Positions 1-10,133 of a stretch of 64,000 bases of DNA are shown in pieces; within the stretch, counting starts at the first letter, position 1, and each line of letters begins with the position of its first letter. The stretch lies in the NCBI GenBank assembly GCA_040755995.1, contig JBFMAF010000009.1, positions 13,531 to 77,530 on the forward strand, read 5' to 3'. The notes beneath the pieces are model-generated. The model was given only the letters and a program-made list of their open reading frames with translations, had not been told where the DNA came from and searched no databases. This DNA comes from Acidobacteriota bacterium. Its GTDB lineage: Bacteria; Acidobacteriota; CAIWXX01. Position numbers and translations under genes: made by a program.

Positions 1-598
1 GGCCGTACCTCTGTCGGCGGCCTCACCTCTGGCTCCTGCTGGCTCTGAGGTGCCGGGATGATCTTCGTCATCGGGTCAGCGAGAGCGTCGAGCATCCCCT
101 GCACCGCCGCGGCATACTCCTGCGCGCTCCTGGCATCGCGAATCCGCGGAATCGCCGCAATCAGTGCAGCGTCCCAGTCGATGTCTCTGTAGGCCAGGTA
201 CGGGTGTAGATATCGAACGAACCCCCAGAGCTTGCCAACGGCCGCGAGCCGCGCGATGTGCGGCCCGGGAGCCGATGCCGGCACCTCGCAGATGGCCGGG
301 GTGGCGAGTGCGAGCAGCAGAATCGATGTCGCGAAATCCAGAGCGCGGCGCTTCATGAAGCCTCCTTGGTGCAACCTCGAGAGACGACCATGCTATCCCA
401 CCAAGAGGGCCTGTACAAAGGTCGTCGCTGTTGCGGTGTTGCGGCGGATGGACGGCCCGTGCAGCGAGGGAAGCGGCGCGTGAAGACGAACAGCCCTGTG
501 GGATGGATCGAAGCCACACGCACGCGGTAGGATGGACCGCGGACCCCGCTCAGGAATAGACCCGTTTCCGGCTGACCCAAGGACCCAAGGACTGGTCC

Positions 599-627
599 TT
601 GACAGGCCAGGCGTCTCGCCCTAGATT
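599..627 (+). promoter_or_regulatory. sigma70-like promoter
   Basis: TTGACA (599-604), 17-nt spacer, TAGATT (622-627), about 90 nt upstream of the ORF at 718. Confidence 0.55.
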
Positions 628-717
628 CTCGACGTGACTCTTGAAAGCCTGGAGCAGAAGAAAGATCCTCGGCTCTTGTGCTGCGAACCTGCCTGAACCT
701 GCGACGGAAGAGCTTGC

Positions 718-1191
718 ATGGAGCCTGACGATCAATACGCGGTGAACACGGGTGTCGGCAACTCGGTGATCGCGATGATCGCCGGCGCCCTTTTCGCCGG
801 GTTCGGATTCTACTTCGCACCCGCGTTCTGGAAGGATCGGGAGCACATCGTCGCTATCTTCACGTTCATGCTTGGAGGCCAGGGCCTGTACTGGTTCTGC
901 AATGGCTTCTACAATCTCATTCTCGGCGGCAACAAGAGGGCTCGGCAGAGGGCTGCGGCCGCCGAGAAGGGCTACTTCCGGAAGACGCCGTCAGGACAAT
1001 ACGTTCCGGTCAGAGCCAGGCGCGCGGGACGCCTTGGAGAGAAGAGGAGCAACGCTGGGGCCGTCGCCGGTTTCCTCATCGGCGCATTTCTCGGATTCCT
1101 GTGGGTCGGCTTCGACGGCGCGTTCGTCGGCATCGTCTTCGGGACAGGTCTCGGAGCTCTCATCGACAGCACTCGCAAGCGCAACAAGTGA
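718..1191 (+). CDS. hypothetical membrane protein (about 4 TM segments, Gly-rich C-terminal helices)
   Basis: 157-aa ORF with hydrophobic segments VIAMIAGALFAGFGFYF, IVAIFTFMLGG.., AGAVAGFLIGAFLGFLW, AFVGIVFGTGLGALI; upstream promoter. Confidence 0.65.
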   Translation: MEPDDQYAVNTGVGNSVIAMIAGALFAGFGFYFAPAFWKDREHIVAIFTFMLGGQGLYWFCNGFYNLILGGNKRARQRAAAAEKGYFRKTPSGQYVPVRARRAGRLGEKRSNAGAVAGFLIGAFLGFLWVGFDGAFVGIVFGTGLGALIDSTRKRNK

Positions 1192-1373
1192 GCGAGGCAT
1201 CAGGCGACTCTGGTCTCAGTCCCCCACGCTGACCAAACGCCAGGGCAGGCCCTATGGGATCAGGTGGAAGTGCTTCCTCGCGAACAGACGAAACACCGAG
1301 AACCCGCGCCGGACCAGGGTGAAAACCGAATTCGTGCACATCTGGCGTTGCGCCCGGATCATCGCTATCACGG

Positions 1374-1494
1374 CAGCCCGGCGCGCGCGCACTTCAACCG
1401 TCAGATCACCCGAGCGAAGGTTCTCGATCGATGGTTCATGGCTCGGCCTCGAATCGGACCATCTTGTGCGCATCGGATCGAGCCGGGGTCTGGT
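1374..1494 (-). pseudogene. degenerate ~120-bp copy of the Y_Y_Y-domain region of the neighbouring sensor kinase (6536-6655)
   Basis: Direct nucleotide match (cagcccggcgcgc..cacttcaaccgtcagatcacccg..ggttctcgatcgat..tgtgcgcatcggatcgag); translates MRTRWSDSRPSHEPSIENLRSGDLTVEVRARRA vs MRTTWSEPRLSNELSIENLPAGDLTVEVSARRA. Confidence 0.8.
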
Positions 1495-1521
1495 CCCCGA
1501 ACGGCTCGCAGCCTGGCCGAA

Positions 1522-4062
1522 TCATGATTCCCTGCATCGCGAGGTGACATCGTGGCTGATTCGTTCGGCGGGCTCAACCCCCGCCTGTGTGGGATCGAGC
1601 TCGGCATCGAGGTAGCGGCGCAGCTCGGGTCGCACAGCGGTGAACCGCAGCTGAATTTCGCCATGCCGCGAATCGACCACTTTCGCGTAGGCATCCACCT
1701 CTGCACCGGGGAGGGCGTCAGCAGCGATCCTCACGCGCAGATCCACCAGCGAAGCGGGGCGCGAGTCTGACCGTAGCAGCGCGCCACGAGGAGACACCCC
1801 CACGATCGAGCCCGAGAACGATTCCGTGTCGATCAGCTTCCCCGAGAGGACCCAGCACTCGACCGGGACTTCGGCGTGAAGGCGACGAAACACGTCTTGA
1901 ACCGGCTCCAAGGAGATCCGGTCCGGCCCGCCGATGCCGACGAGCTCGTGCGCCACGACCGGATCCCGGAAGCCCTTGGCGTTGAGGGCAAACGTGCGCC
2001 CGATCACCACGTCGGGGCCGGCGGCCAGCCGCGTGCTCTCAGTCATCAGGATTTGACCCCCCACGGTGAACGATTCGATCCGTCCCGCGAGATTAACGTG
2101 CGTGCCCACGACCCCGTACTTCGCACGCATCTCGGACCCGTTATTGCCCGCCACGACCGGACCGGTATTGAGTGCGATACCCATCTCGATGCGCGGCAGC
2201 CCGGCGGCCGCATTGCGGTTCGTGACGGACTCCATCGCGCGTTGCATTTCCAGCGCGCAGTGGACGGCGCGCCGAGCGTCGTCCTCGGCGGTCATCGGCG
2301 TGCCGAAGAGCGCGAGGATCGCGTCTCCGATGAATTCGTCGATCGTCCCTCGATGCCGGATGATAATGTCAGACATCGTCCCGAGGTAGTTGTTGAGCCC
2401 GGTCATCACTACTTCCGGATTCAATTCATGAGTCAGCAATGTGAACCCCCGAAGGTCGGCCATGAGGATCGTGACTACACGCATTTCGCCGCCGAGCCGC
2501 AATCCTTCCGGGGTGTCGAGAAGGCTGGAGACCACGTCCTGACTGAGATAGCGTCCGAACGTCGTGCGGATGAACCGATTGCGCAGGTCCAGCTCTCCCA
2601 TCAGCCGTTGCACGCACTCGTTCGCGCGCTTCAGGGCCAGTTGTGCCCGGAGACGAGCCAGCACCACGGGCAGGTCGAGCGGCTTCGTCACGTAGTCATT
2701 CGCCCCGAGGCTCAGTGCCTCCACGATGTCGGTGCTCGCGTTACACGCTGTGGCCATGATGATCGGAAGCTCCGTCGCCGAGTGCATCCGGCGTAGCTCG
2801 CGCAGGACGCCGATGCCGTTCAAACCCGGCATGACGACGTCCAGGATGACGGCGTCGAAACGCGACGTCTCAGCCATCGCAATAGCGATCTGGCCTTCCA
2901 AGGCCGACGACACCACATACCCGTGCGATTCGAGCCAGCTCGACAACAATCCGATGTTGATATCGTCGTCATCGACCACTAGCACTCGATCGGTGTCGGT
3001 GTCCTCGCACGGCGCTCTTCCCTGAGGCGCGCGCCCGGTGGAGCGAGGCCGTCTCATCATCCTCGCGTGATCCGTACCGCCGACCGATGTGACGACGTCT
3101 CCGGGAGAACCGGCCGGCGCCTCGCTGGATACGCTCGAGTCGGCTCCGACCGACCCGGCGAAGAACCGGTTTCTCCCGTGCTCCTTCGCCAGGTACAGCT
3201 GTCGATCAGCCGCATCGATGAGGATCGAGGGAGATGAGTGCAGCTCCGGAACGACGCATGACACTCCGATCGAAATCGTCACGACGTCTGCAACCGAAGA
3301 GCGTTCGTGTCGAATCCCAAGCTCCCGCACGCGACTCAGCATCGTCTCCGCCACCGCACTGGCTCCGGCCGTGTCTACCTGCGGAAGGACGGCTGCAAAC
3401 TCCTCGCCGCCATATCGCGCCACGAGGTCCGATGCGCGCAATACCGAGGACCCCAGCACCTGCGCCACTCTGCGGAGGCAACAATCTCCGGCGAGGTGCC
3501 CGTAGCGATCGTTGAACGCCTTGAAGTGATCGATATCCACCATCGCAAGCGCCAACCAGTACTGCCCCCGCACCGCACGCTGCCACTCCACATTCAGAGA
3601 CTCGTCGAATTGCCTCCGGTTGGGTATGCCGGTGAGCCCGTCCCGCGCGGACAGCATGGCAAGGATGTCGGACTTGCGCTTCAGGTCCAGGTGCGTTCGA
3701 ACCCGCGCCCGTACCAGCGGCAGGCTGAACGGCTTGCTGATATAGTCAACGGCGCCGGATTCCAGCCCCCTCAGCTCATCTTCCTCGGCATCCTGCGCTG
3801 TGATGAACACAATCGGTATGTGCTGCGTGCGGGGATTGGCCTTGAGCCGCCGGCATGTCTCATAGCCGTCCATGCCCGGCATCAGGATGTCCAACAGAAT
3901 CAGGTCCGGCAGGACGTCAGCAGACGCCCGGTCGAGCGCGGTCTCGCCGCCGGTCGCAACCAACACCTCGCACGTCTCCCGAAACTCCTCGGCGAGAATA
4001 CGAATGCTCTCGGGTGAATCATCTACGATGAGGAGGCGGTGCTTCGGCAAAGCGTCACTCAT
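1522..4062 (-). CDS. response regulator: REC-GGDEF-REC-class III nucleotidyl cyclase with C-terminal PilZ-like extension
   Basis: Two REC domains (LIVDD..LLDILMP..SKP; LVVDD..ILDVVMP..TKP), RASD..RYGGEEF, cyclase motifs MADLRGFT, IDEFIGDA, KYGVVG..VNLAGRIES; ATG at 4062 overlaps the kinase stop (ATGA). Confidence 0.9.
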   Translation of the reverse strand: MSDALPKHRLLIVDDSPESIRILAEEFRETCEVLVATGGETALDRASADVLPDLILLDILMPGMDGYETCRRLKANPRTQHIPIVFITAQDAEEDELRGLESGAVDYISKPFSLPLVRARVRTHLDLKRKSDILAMLSARDGLTGIPNRRQFDESLNVEWQRAVRGQYWLALAMVDIDHFKAFNDRYGHLAGDCCLRRVAQVLGSSVLRASDLVARYGGEEFAAVLPQVDTAGASAVAETMLSRVRELGIRHERSSVADVVTISIGVSCVVPELHSSPSILIDAADRQLYLAKEHGRNRFFAGSVGADSSVSSEAPAGSPGDVVTSVGGTDHARMMRRPRSTGRAPQGRAPCEDTDTDRVLVVDDDDINIGLLSSWLESHGYVVSSALEGQIAIAMAETSRFDAVILDVVMPGLNGIGVLRELRRMHSATELPIIMATACNASTDIVEALSLGANDYVTKPLDLPVVLARLRAQLALKRANECVQRLMGELDLRNRFIRTTFGRYLSQDVVSSLLDTPEGLRLGGEMRVVTILMADLRGFTLLTHELNPEVVMTGLNNYLGTMSDIIIRHRGTIDEFIGDAILALFGTPMTAEDDARRAVHCALEMQRAMESVTNRNAAAGLPRIEMGIALNTGPVVAGNNGSEMRAKYGVVGTHVNLAGRIESFTVGGQILMTESTRLAAGPDVVIGRTFALNAKGFRDPVVAHELVGIGGPDRISLEPVQDVFRRLHAEVPVECWVLSGKLIDTESFSGSIVGVSPRGALLRSDSRPASLVDLRVRIAADALPGAEVDAYAKVVDSRHGEIQLRFTAVRPELRRYLDAELDPTQAGVEPAERISHDVTSRCRES

Positions 4063-7000
4063 GGTCGCAATCCTTCGATCGGGATCTGCAACCGCCTCGC
4101 GATGCCGGCAAGAACGGCGCGGGCGTTCTCCAGCTCGAACCGCCTGATGAGATCGTCCAAACGTCCGAGGTCCTCGGCGTATGCCGGATCCAGCAGGCGC
4201 GCCTTGAGCGATCTCAGGCACTCCTCGGCCCTGATGTTTCCCTCCTTCAGCTGTGAATCCATCGACAAGATCAGAGAAGGCAAATCGGATCCGGGTTCGG
4301 AGGCTACGCCTCCCGCTCCGATCTCCGCCGCTTCGGTGGAGTTCTCGGTGAGCCAAGCCGACGCCGATTCAATCGTGCGAGTCAGGGCGGCGGCGAAGCC
4401 GCCCATGATCAATTCCGGTGGTGTGTCGCCGGCCGCGATAGACGTCTCGAGCTCGCCGGCTGCTTCCTGGAGGCTGGCCGATCCGATGCTGCCGGAGAGT
4501 CCCTTCACGGTGTGCGCCAGCCGGCGAGCACCCTCACGATCTCCTCCTGCCAATAGCTCGCGTATGCGCTCGCCGGCCCCCTGTTGCTTCGTGACGAACT
4601 GGCGGAGGAGATGAATGAGGAGGTCTCGCCGGCCACCCAGTCGGCGGAGTGCGCCGGTGATGTCGAGCACCGCGCCGGCAGCGACAAGCTGGGCTGATGT
4701 CGGACGATCTTCGCCCACCTCAGGCGCGGCCGCGCCACTGCCGACGGCCGACCCGCCGCGAATCCACTTGCGGAGCACGGCATAGAGATGCTCAGCGTCA
4801 ATGGGCTTCGGCACATGATCGTCCATTCCACTTTCGAGAAATCTCTCGCGAGCTCCCTTCATGGCATGAGCCGTCATGGCGATGATAGGCAGGGTACGGT
4901 GGTCAGGATTCCCTCGGATCCGCGCCGTGGCTTCCCATCCATCCATCTCGGGCATCTCCACGTCCATGAGGACAGCATCATATTCGTGCATGTTTACCAT
5001 GTTCACCGCCTCTAGACCGTTGTTTGCTATGTCGACTCGTAATCCCGTTTCCTCCAGGATACCCAGAGCCACCTGCTGGTTGATGGGATTGTCCTCCACC
5101 AACAGCACGAGCGCACCTCGGAGTCCGTGAAGCTCCGCCGCCTCGACCGGAGGATTCGAAGAGGCGGCCGTCGTCATTCCTTGGAGTCCCATGGCAGACA
5201 GAATCGTGTTCAGTAGTACCGACGGGCTGACGGGTTTCATGAGAAAGGCGCAGATGCCGGCCTTCTCTGCGGCCTTGACGATTTCTTCCCGCCCGAACGC
5301 CGATATCATCACGAGTTTCGGAATCTTCGAGAGCTTCGGATTTGCTCGGATGCGCCGAGCTGTCTCGATTCCGTTGAGGTCGGGCATCTTCCAGTCAAGG
5401 AGGACAAGGTCGAACGGGATCCGGTCCAGATACGCCAAAGCCTCTTTCCCCGAGGTCGCCTGCGTTACCTGGAGGCCGAAACTGCTGAGCATTTCACCAA
5501 TAGCTTCAAGGGCAGCCTCACAGTCGTCCACGATCAGGGCTTTCAGCCCCACTAATGCAGGAGGAGGAACGGGTTTGAAATCCTCCGTGGGACATGAGAA
5601 TTCAAGCTCAAACGTGAAAATGCTGCCGCGGTCCGGCGCGCTTTCCAGTCGAATCTCACCCCCCATGGCCTCTACGAGGCGTTTGGTGATGGCCAGCCCC
5701 AGACCGGTTCCTCCGAACCTGCGAGTGGTGCTTGCGTCCGCTTGAGAAAATGACTCGAAGATCCGCGTCTGCTGCTCGGGCGTAATACCTATCCCGGTAT
5801 CCTCCACCTTGAAGCGAAGGCGGAGCCGGTTTTCCCGTCTGTCCCCTCTGTCCACGCGTAGGCGGATGTAGCCTGCCTCGGTGAACTTGACCGCGTTCCC
5901 GATCAGGTTCACGAGGATCTGGCGGAGACGCAGGGGATCTCCTAACAGCTTCAGCGGAAGGGGGGGAGCTATCAGGATCAACTCAATATCTTTTTCCGTT
6001 GCCCGCTGGGAGAACAGATCCACGATCTGATCCATTATTTCGTGGAGATCGAAAGGGGAAACCTCGATTTCCAGCTTGCCTGCCTCGATCTTCGAGAAGT
6101 CCAGAATGTCATCGATAATGCCCAGCAGGTGGTGACCGGAAGTGCCGATCCTACGAAAGTAGTCGTGTGCCTTGTTGGTCAGAAGAAGCTTCTCACCCAG
6201 GGCGGCGAAGCCCATGATGGCGTTCATGGGTGTACGGATTTCATGGCTCATGCGGGCCAGAAACTCGCTCCTCGCTTTGGCCGCCCCCTCGGCCCGGTCC
6301 CGTGCGATGGCCAGGGCCTCATTGGCATCCCTGAGCTCGGCGGTCCGATCCGCCACGATCCGCTCCAACCTCCCCGCGCGTCCAGCCAGTTGCCATGTTC
6401 GTACGCGGACGATGGCCACAATGAGGGTCAGCAGCAACAGACCTGCTAAGAGTTTTGCCCAGTAAGTCTCTATGAAACGAGGTTGCACTCGAATGCGATA
6501 CGTGATCGGTTCCGTCCACTTAGCGTACTTGATTCCAGCCCGGCGCGCGGACACTTCAACCGTCAGATCACCCGCGGGAAGGTTCTCGATCGATAGCTCA
6601 TTGCTCAGCCTCGGTTCGGACCATGTTGTGCGCATCGGATCGAGTCGGGTCCGGTACTGGATGATTTCGGGGCGCAGCCACGGTGCCGTCCAACCGACAT
6701 GCAATGTGCGCGTGTTGTTGTCCAGGTATGCGATTCCATCAGGTCCGGCCGGCGGGGTGACGCTCCAAAAGACCTTCAAGCTCGGCAGGGGCGGAACGGG
6801 AATTCGCGGATTGAAGCGCGCGAGGGACGCCATGGTTCCGACATAGATACATCCGTCGGATGATATGCAGAGGCCGTTGAGATTGCACTCGTTTTCGATG
6901 AGGCCGTTCTGAGAATCGTATTGCGTCCATTGGAGGTCTTTGAAGTGGGCGACACCCGCCGATCCGGTGGCCCAGATACTGCCATCCGGGGCTTTTTCCA

Positions 7001-8699
7001 AAGCGTAGATGGTGTTCCCGGGAATTCCATCTGATGGTGACAGGATCATCCACCGGTCTCCGCGGTAGATTCCAATCCCGCCGAATCCGCCGACCCAGGT
7101 CTCGCCGGGGGCAACATCGAGTGCCACATTCGCCTGTGATGGGAATCCCGTCACCGGGTCGAGTGGCAAAGTCCGGCCTTGGTTCTCTCCGTGAAGAACC
7201 GTCACCCCACGCATGGTGGATATCCATACATCCCCATTGCTCATGAACTCCATTCCTCGCACGTTCAGTTCAGGCAGGAATCGGTTCCAACTCATGTGCG
7301 GCGTCCATGATCCGTTCGTGAGGCTGTAAACCCCGTTCCGGGATGTTGCCAGATGCCACCCGCCGCTCCGGTCACGATGGATCCCGTTGACGAAGCCATC
7401 GGGGAGGGCGAGAATTTTTTTGAAGCTCTGTCCTGGAAGAGCTTCGAACAAGCCGTACCGCGTGCCAGCCCAAATCGTGCCGGGGCGCGGTTCGACCGCG
7501 CACCGGACATCTTCCATCAGTCCGCGCTCTCGCCCATACGTCCGCATATGACCGCCGGTCCAGTGCCAGAGTCCGCGGCTAAATGCCGCAATCAGCAATC
7601 CTCCGTCGGATGTTTCAGAAATGCCGAAAACTTGGACGCGCAATGACAGCTGAGCATCGGATGACCAGAAGGCTCGATGCAACCACTGCTCGGAGACGCA
7701 TTGCTGCAATCCGCCTCCGTTGAAGCCAAACCACATCGTCCCCTCGCGATCGGCGAAAATGGACATGACGCCATTCGGCTTCAGCCCGTTACTGGGGTCC
7801 CACTGCGTCCATTGGCCTTCCTCGCGGCCATAGCCCACGCACCCGTCTCCGCCTCCCGCCCAGATCTGCCCATACAGGTCTTCGGCGAGACAGCGTATTC
7901 GGCCGCCGTTCCAGCCTGCGAAACCGGCCCGCGACCACCTGGTGGATCCTCGGCGGCAAGAATAGATCTCTCCCCGTTGCGTTCCCACCCAACACGTGCC
8001 GCTTTTCGATACAAGAATCGTGCTGATGGGATCTGGCGGGGACGTTGAGTTGGCGATTGTGCTCATCGCGTGACGCGACATGACGGTGACGAGATTGCTA
8101 TAGGCGACCCAGGTATTCCCATCTGTATCGATGGCCAGGTCAGCAGCGTGGTTGCTCCGCCCTGACGGTGCTTTCTTGATCCATGTCAGATCTTGAGCTG
8201 GATTCAGATACCACAGGTCACCGTGTATATCGATGATCCACAGCGACCCCTCACCGTCTTCGACCATATCCCCCACGCCACGTGGGGTTTGAATCATCGT
8301 CCAGTTCAGTCCATCCCAGACGTGGATTCCGCGGCTGCCCCCCACAAAAATCCCGCCCTTCTTCCGGCGGACCAGGGTCGTGTACGCTCCGAACCACGGC
8401 GAATCGCGCCGCGACGGGACTCTCTCAATCTTGGTGCCGTCGTATGTTGCCACACCGTCGAAAGTCGCAATCCAGAGGAACCCTCGCTCATCTTGCGTGA
8501 TCGCGTTGATCGTGCTTTGAGGTAATCCACTTGCCGTGGATTGATCGAAGCTTCGGAATGCACGCAGCGGCGTCATCTCCTCATCGACGCCCTGTCCGTG
8601 TGCACGCGAGGGGACATGGATCAGCAAGCAGGTCATGAAACAGAGACAGGGCCATCGTGATCGCCGTAAGGATCGGAGGCGGTGGCTTTGAGGGGGCAT
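4059..8699 (-). CDS. hybrid sensor histidine kinase (periplasmic beta-propeller + Y_Y_Y, TM, HisKA, HATPase, 2xREC, Hpt)
   Basis: GLPQSTINAITQDERGFLWIAT propeller repeats; EFLARMSHEIRTPMN; NLIGNAVKFT, DTGIG, GGTGLGL; two REC domains; AHTVKGLSGSIG Hpt. Start codon uncertain. Confidence 0.92.
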   Translation of the reverse strand: MPPQSHRLRSLRRSRWPCLCFMTCLLIHVPSRAHGQGVDEEMTPLRAFRSFDQSTASGLPQSTINAITQDERGFLWIATFDGVATYDGTKIERVPSRRDSPWFGAYTTLVRRKKGGIFVGGSRGIHVWDGLNWTMIQTPRGVGDMVEDGEGSLWIIDIHGDLWYLNPAQDLTWIKKAPSGRSNHAADLAIDTDGNTWVAYSNLVTVMSRHAMSTIANSTSPPDPISTILVSKSGTCWVGTQRGEIYSCRRGSTRWSRAGFAGWNGGRIRCLAEDLYGQIWAGGGDGCVGYGREEGQWTQWDPSNGLKPNGVMSIFADREGTMWFGFNGGGLQQCVSEQWLHRAFWSSDAQLSLRVQVFGISETSDGGLLIAAFSRGLWHWTGGHMRTYGRERGLMEDVRCAVEPRPGTIWAGTRYGLFEALPGQSFKKILALPDGFVNGIHRDRSGGWHLATSRNGVYSLTNGSWTPHMSWNRFLPELNVRGMEFMSNGDVWISTMRGVTVLHGENQGRTLPLDPVTGFPSQANVALDVAPGETWVGGFGGIGIYRGDRWMILSPSDGIPGNTIYALEKAPDGSIWATGSAGVAHFKDLQWTQYDSQNGLIENECNLNGLCISSDGCIYVGTMASLARFNPRIPVPPLPSLKVFWSVTPPAGPDGIAYLDNNTRTLHVGWTAPWLRPEIIQYRTRLDPMRTTWSEPRLSNELSIENLPAGDLTVEVSARRAGIKYAKWTEPITYRIRVQPRFIETYWAKLLAGLLLLTLIVAIVRVRTWQLAGRAGRLERIVADRTAELRDANEALAIARDRAEGAAKARSEFLARMSHEIRTPMNAIMGFAALGEKLLLTNKAHDYFRRIGTSGHHLLGIIDDILDFSKIEAGKLEIEVSPFDLHEIMDQIVDLFSQRATEKDIELILIAPPLPLKLLGDPLRLRQILVNLIGNAVKFTEAGYIRLRVDRGDRRENRLRLRFKVEDTGIGITPEQQTRIFESFSQADASTTRRFGGTGLGLAITKRLVEAMGGEIRLESAPDRGSIFTFELEFSCPTEDFKPVPPPALVGLKALIVDDCEAALEAIGEMLSSFGLQVTQATSGKEALAYLDRIPFDLVLLDWKMPDLNGIETARRIRANPKLSKIPKLVMISAFGREEIVKAAEKAGICAFLMKPVSPSVLLNTILSAMGLQGMTTAASSNPPVEAAELHGLRGALVLLVEDNPINQQVALGILEETGLRVDIANNGLEAVNMVNMHEYDAVLMDVEMPEMDGWEATARIRGNPDHRTLPIIAMTAHAMKGARERFLESGMDDHVPKPIDAEHLYAVLRKWIRGGSAVGSGAAAPEVGEDRPTSAQLVAAGAVLDITGALRRLGGRRDLLIHLLRQFVTKQQGAGERIRELLAGGDREGARRLAHTVKGLSGSIGSASLQEAAGELETSIAAGDTPPELIMGGFAAALTRTIESASAWLTENSTEAAEIGAGGVASEPGSDLPSLILSMDSQLKEGNIRAEECLRSLKARLLDPAYAEDLGRLDDLIRRFELENARAVLAGIARRLQIPIEGLRP

Positions 8700-8879
8700 C
8701 GACGTTTGAGCGCCGGTCTTACGCGGGAGTGCTGTCTTCGGACGCGGATTCCCGCGACGCCGATTCAATTGGCGCTGCGCTCGACGGCTTGCCGAGGAAC
8801 TGCTCGCATGCCGGGCGGATCGAAGCCTCGTCGCCTTTGACCTTCACCTGCGCGACGCCCTCGACGATGACGGACACTG

Positions 8880-9110
8880 GGATCGTCGACAGAGCCGCAA
8901 ACCGGAGTACTTCGTCCCACTCGATCCCCAGACCCAGCATGCCGGGTTTGATCATCTCCGCTACCTCCCCGTCCTGATCGGAGTACACGGGGACCTATTT
9001 TTCGAGAGTGTCGATGGCATCGGCGAGGAAGATGCCGAGTGCCACGTCGGGGCCGTAAAGAAGGCCCGCCACCGCGATCGCCGCATCATCCGACTGGCCC
9101 CGGGGATGGA
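8880..9110 (-). pseudogene. truncated paralogous fragment of the gene at 15022-16314, with an in-frame stop
   Basis: Translates GQSDDAAIAVAGLLYGPDVALGIFLADAIDTLEK*VPVYSDQDGEVAEMIKPGMLGLGIEWDEVLRFAALSTIP vs intact GQSDDSAIVVAGLLYGRDVALGVFLADAVDTLEKYVPKYSDQDEDIAGIIAGGIKDLGIGWDEVLQFARLSAIP; TAG at 8997-8995. Confidence 0.85.
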
Positions 9111-9164
9111 GGATGGGCTATTTCGGCTATGAAGTCGCGGCGATCGGCAGTTGATCACGGCTGG

Positions 9165-9193
9165 AGAGTAGCCCTGAGGCGAGTTGATGTCAA
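9165..9193 (-). promoter_or_regulatory. sigma70-like promoter facing the pseudogene and kinase operon
   Basis: Minus strand TTGACA (9193-9188), 17 nt, TACTCT (9170-9165). Confidence 0.45.
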
Positions 9194-9390
9194 GGATTAC
9201 TGAGAAGCAGGCAGAGCTCTCCCCCAGGAGCCTGCGAGTGGGGCTACAGGCAGTAGGAATCTGAGAGGCCCGGCTGGGGTTCTGGGGAGAACGATGAGGG
9301 AGGCGGGGCGCGTGCCGGGAGCACGAAATGGTACTTGATCTGTTTCAAGATTCTGCCGACGAGATCCGGCCGCGATTCGAAGTGACTTGG

Positions 9391-9945
9391 TTATTTCTTT
9401 TCCGTATCTGTGGACGGCCTTAGAGCGACTGAAAAACTATTGCTGGCCGAGCGGCGAGGGTCTTCTCCAGACCCGTTTCCCAGAACATCGTCAAGAAGCT
9501 CGCTCTCGTGTTGTTCGAAATCGGTTGCATAGGGGTAATCACCGGAATCCAGGCTGTAGAACATTGGTTCGGCGGATTGAGTTGTCCTGAGAGGTCCTAT
9601 GTCGGAAGCGCCGGCACCGTCCTGTCGGGGGGGCGAGATCGAATCCTGGTCGATGGGAATGGCACCGTCGGTACTGCCGGATTTGGATGAGGGCTTGTCC
9701 TGAGCTCCTACCTCTTCGGCCTGGAAACGGGTCTCCAATTGTTGTCTCATCAATTGGCCCTGGAGGGCGGCTTCCCACGTTCGTGTCGAAGCCTTGCCGC
9801 CTGTGGAGGCCTTTGCCTCCTCCTCCGCCGGGGTCTCGTCACTACTAGTTGACGGCCTGGGAATCGCCTTGGCAGCCGCAGCCTCGCGGCTCCGACTACT
9901 TTCCAGATCGGGCGGTTGGAACGAACCAACGCGTCTGATGTTCAT
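9391..9945 (-). CDS. hypothetical low-complexity/disordered protein
   Basis: 184-aa Ser/Asp/Glu-rich ORF with GAGG-type RBS upstream; no recognisable domain. Confidence 0.5.
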   Translation of the reverse strand: MNIRRVGSFQPPDLESSRSREAAAAKAIPRPSTSSDETPAEEEAKASTGGKASTRTWEAALQGQLMRQQLETRFQAEEVGAQDKPSSKSGSTDGAIPIDQDSISPPRQDGAGASDIGPLRTTQSAEPMFYSLDSGDYPYATDFEQHESELLDDVLGNGSGEDPRRSASNSFSVALRPSTDTEKK

Positions 9946-10133
9946 ACCGCTACCTCTTCCGAGAAGCGTACCATCTCAGCCTGCGCGACTCAAGCCGCAA
10001 CAGGCGGCAGGGTGCTTAACGGAAATCGTGGTGCAGTGACGCTCTCTGGGACCTATCTACAAATGTAGTATTGCATCGCACTGGTATTCGACATCCGCTT
10101 CTGGAAGAATCAGGCGGTGGAGAAGGCTGACGG

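Noticed and set aside
1..560. Several short overlapping ORFs at the window start
   Set aside because: No recognisable domain, RBS or consistent coding signal
1374..6655. Diversity-generating retroelement TR/VR pair
   Set aside because: No reverse transcriptase, mismatches not confined to adenines, and the target is mid-gene
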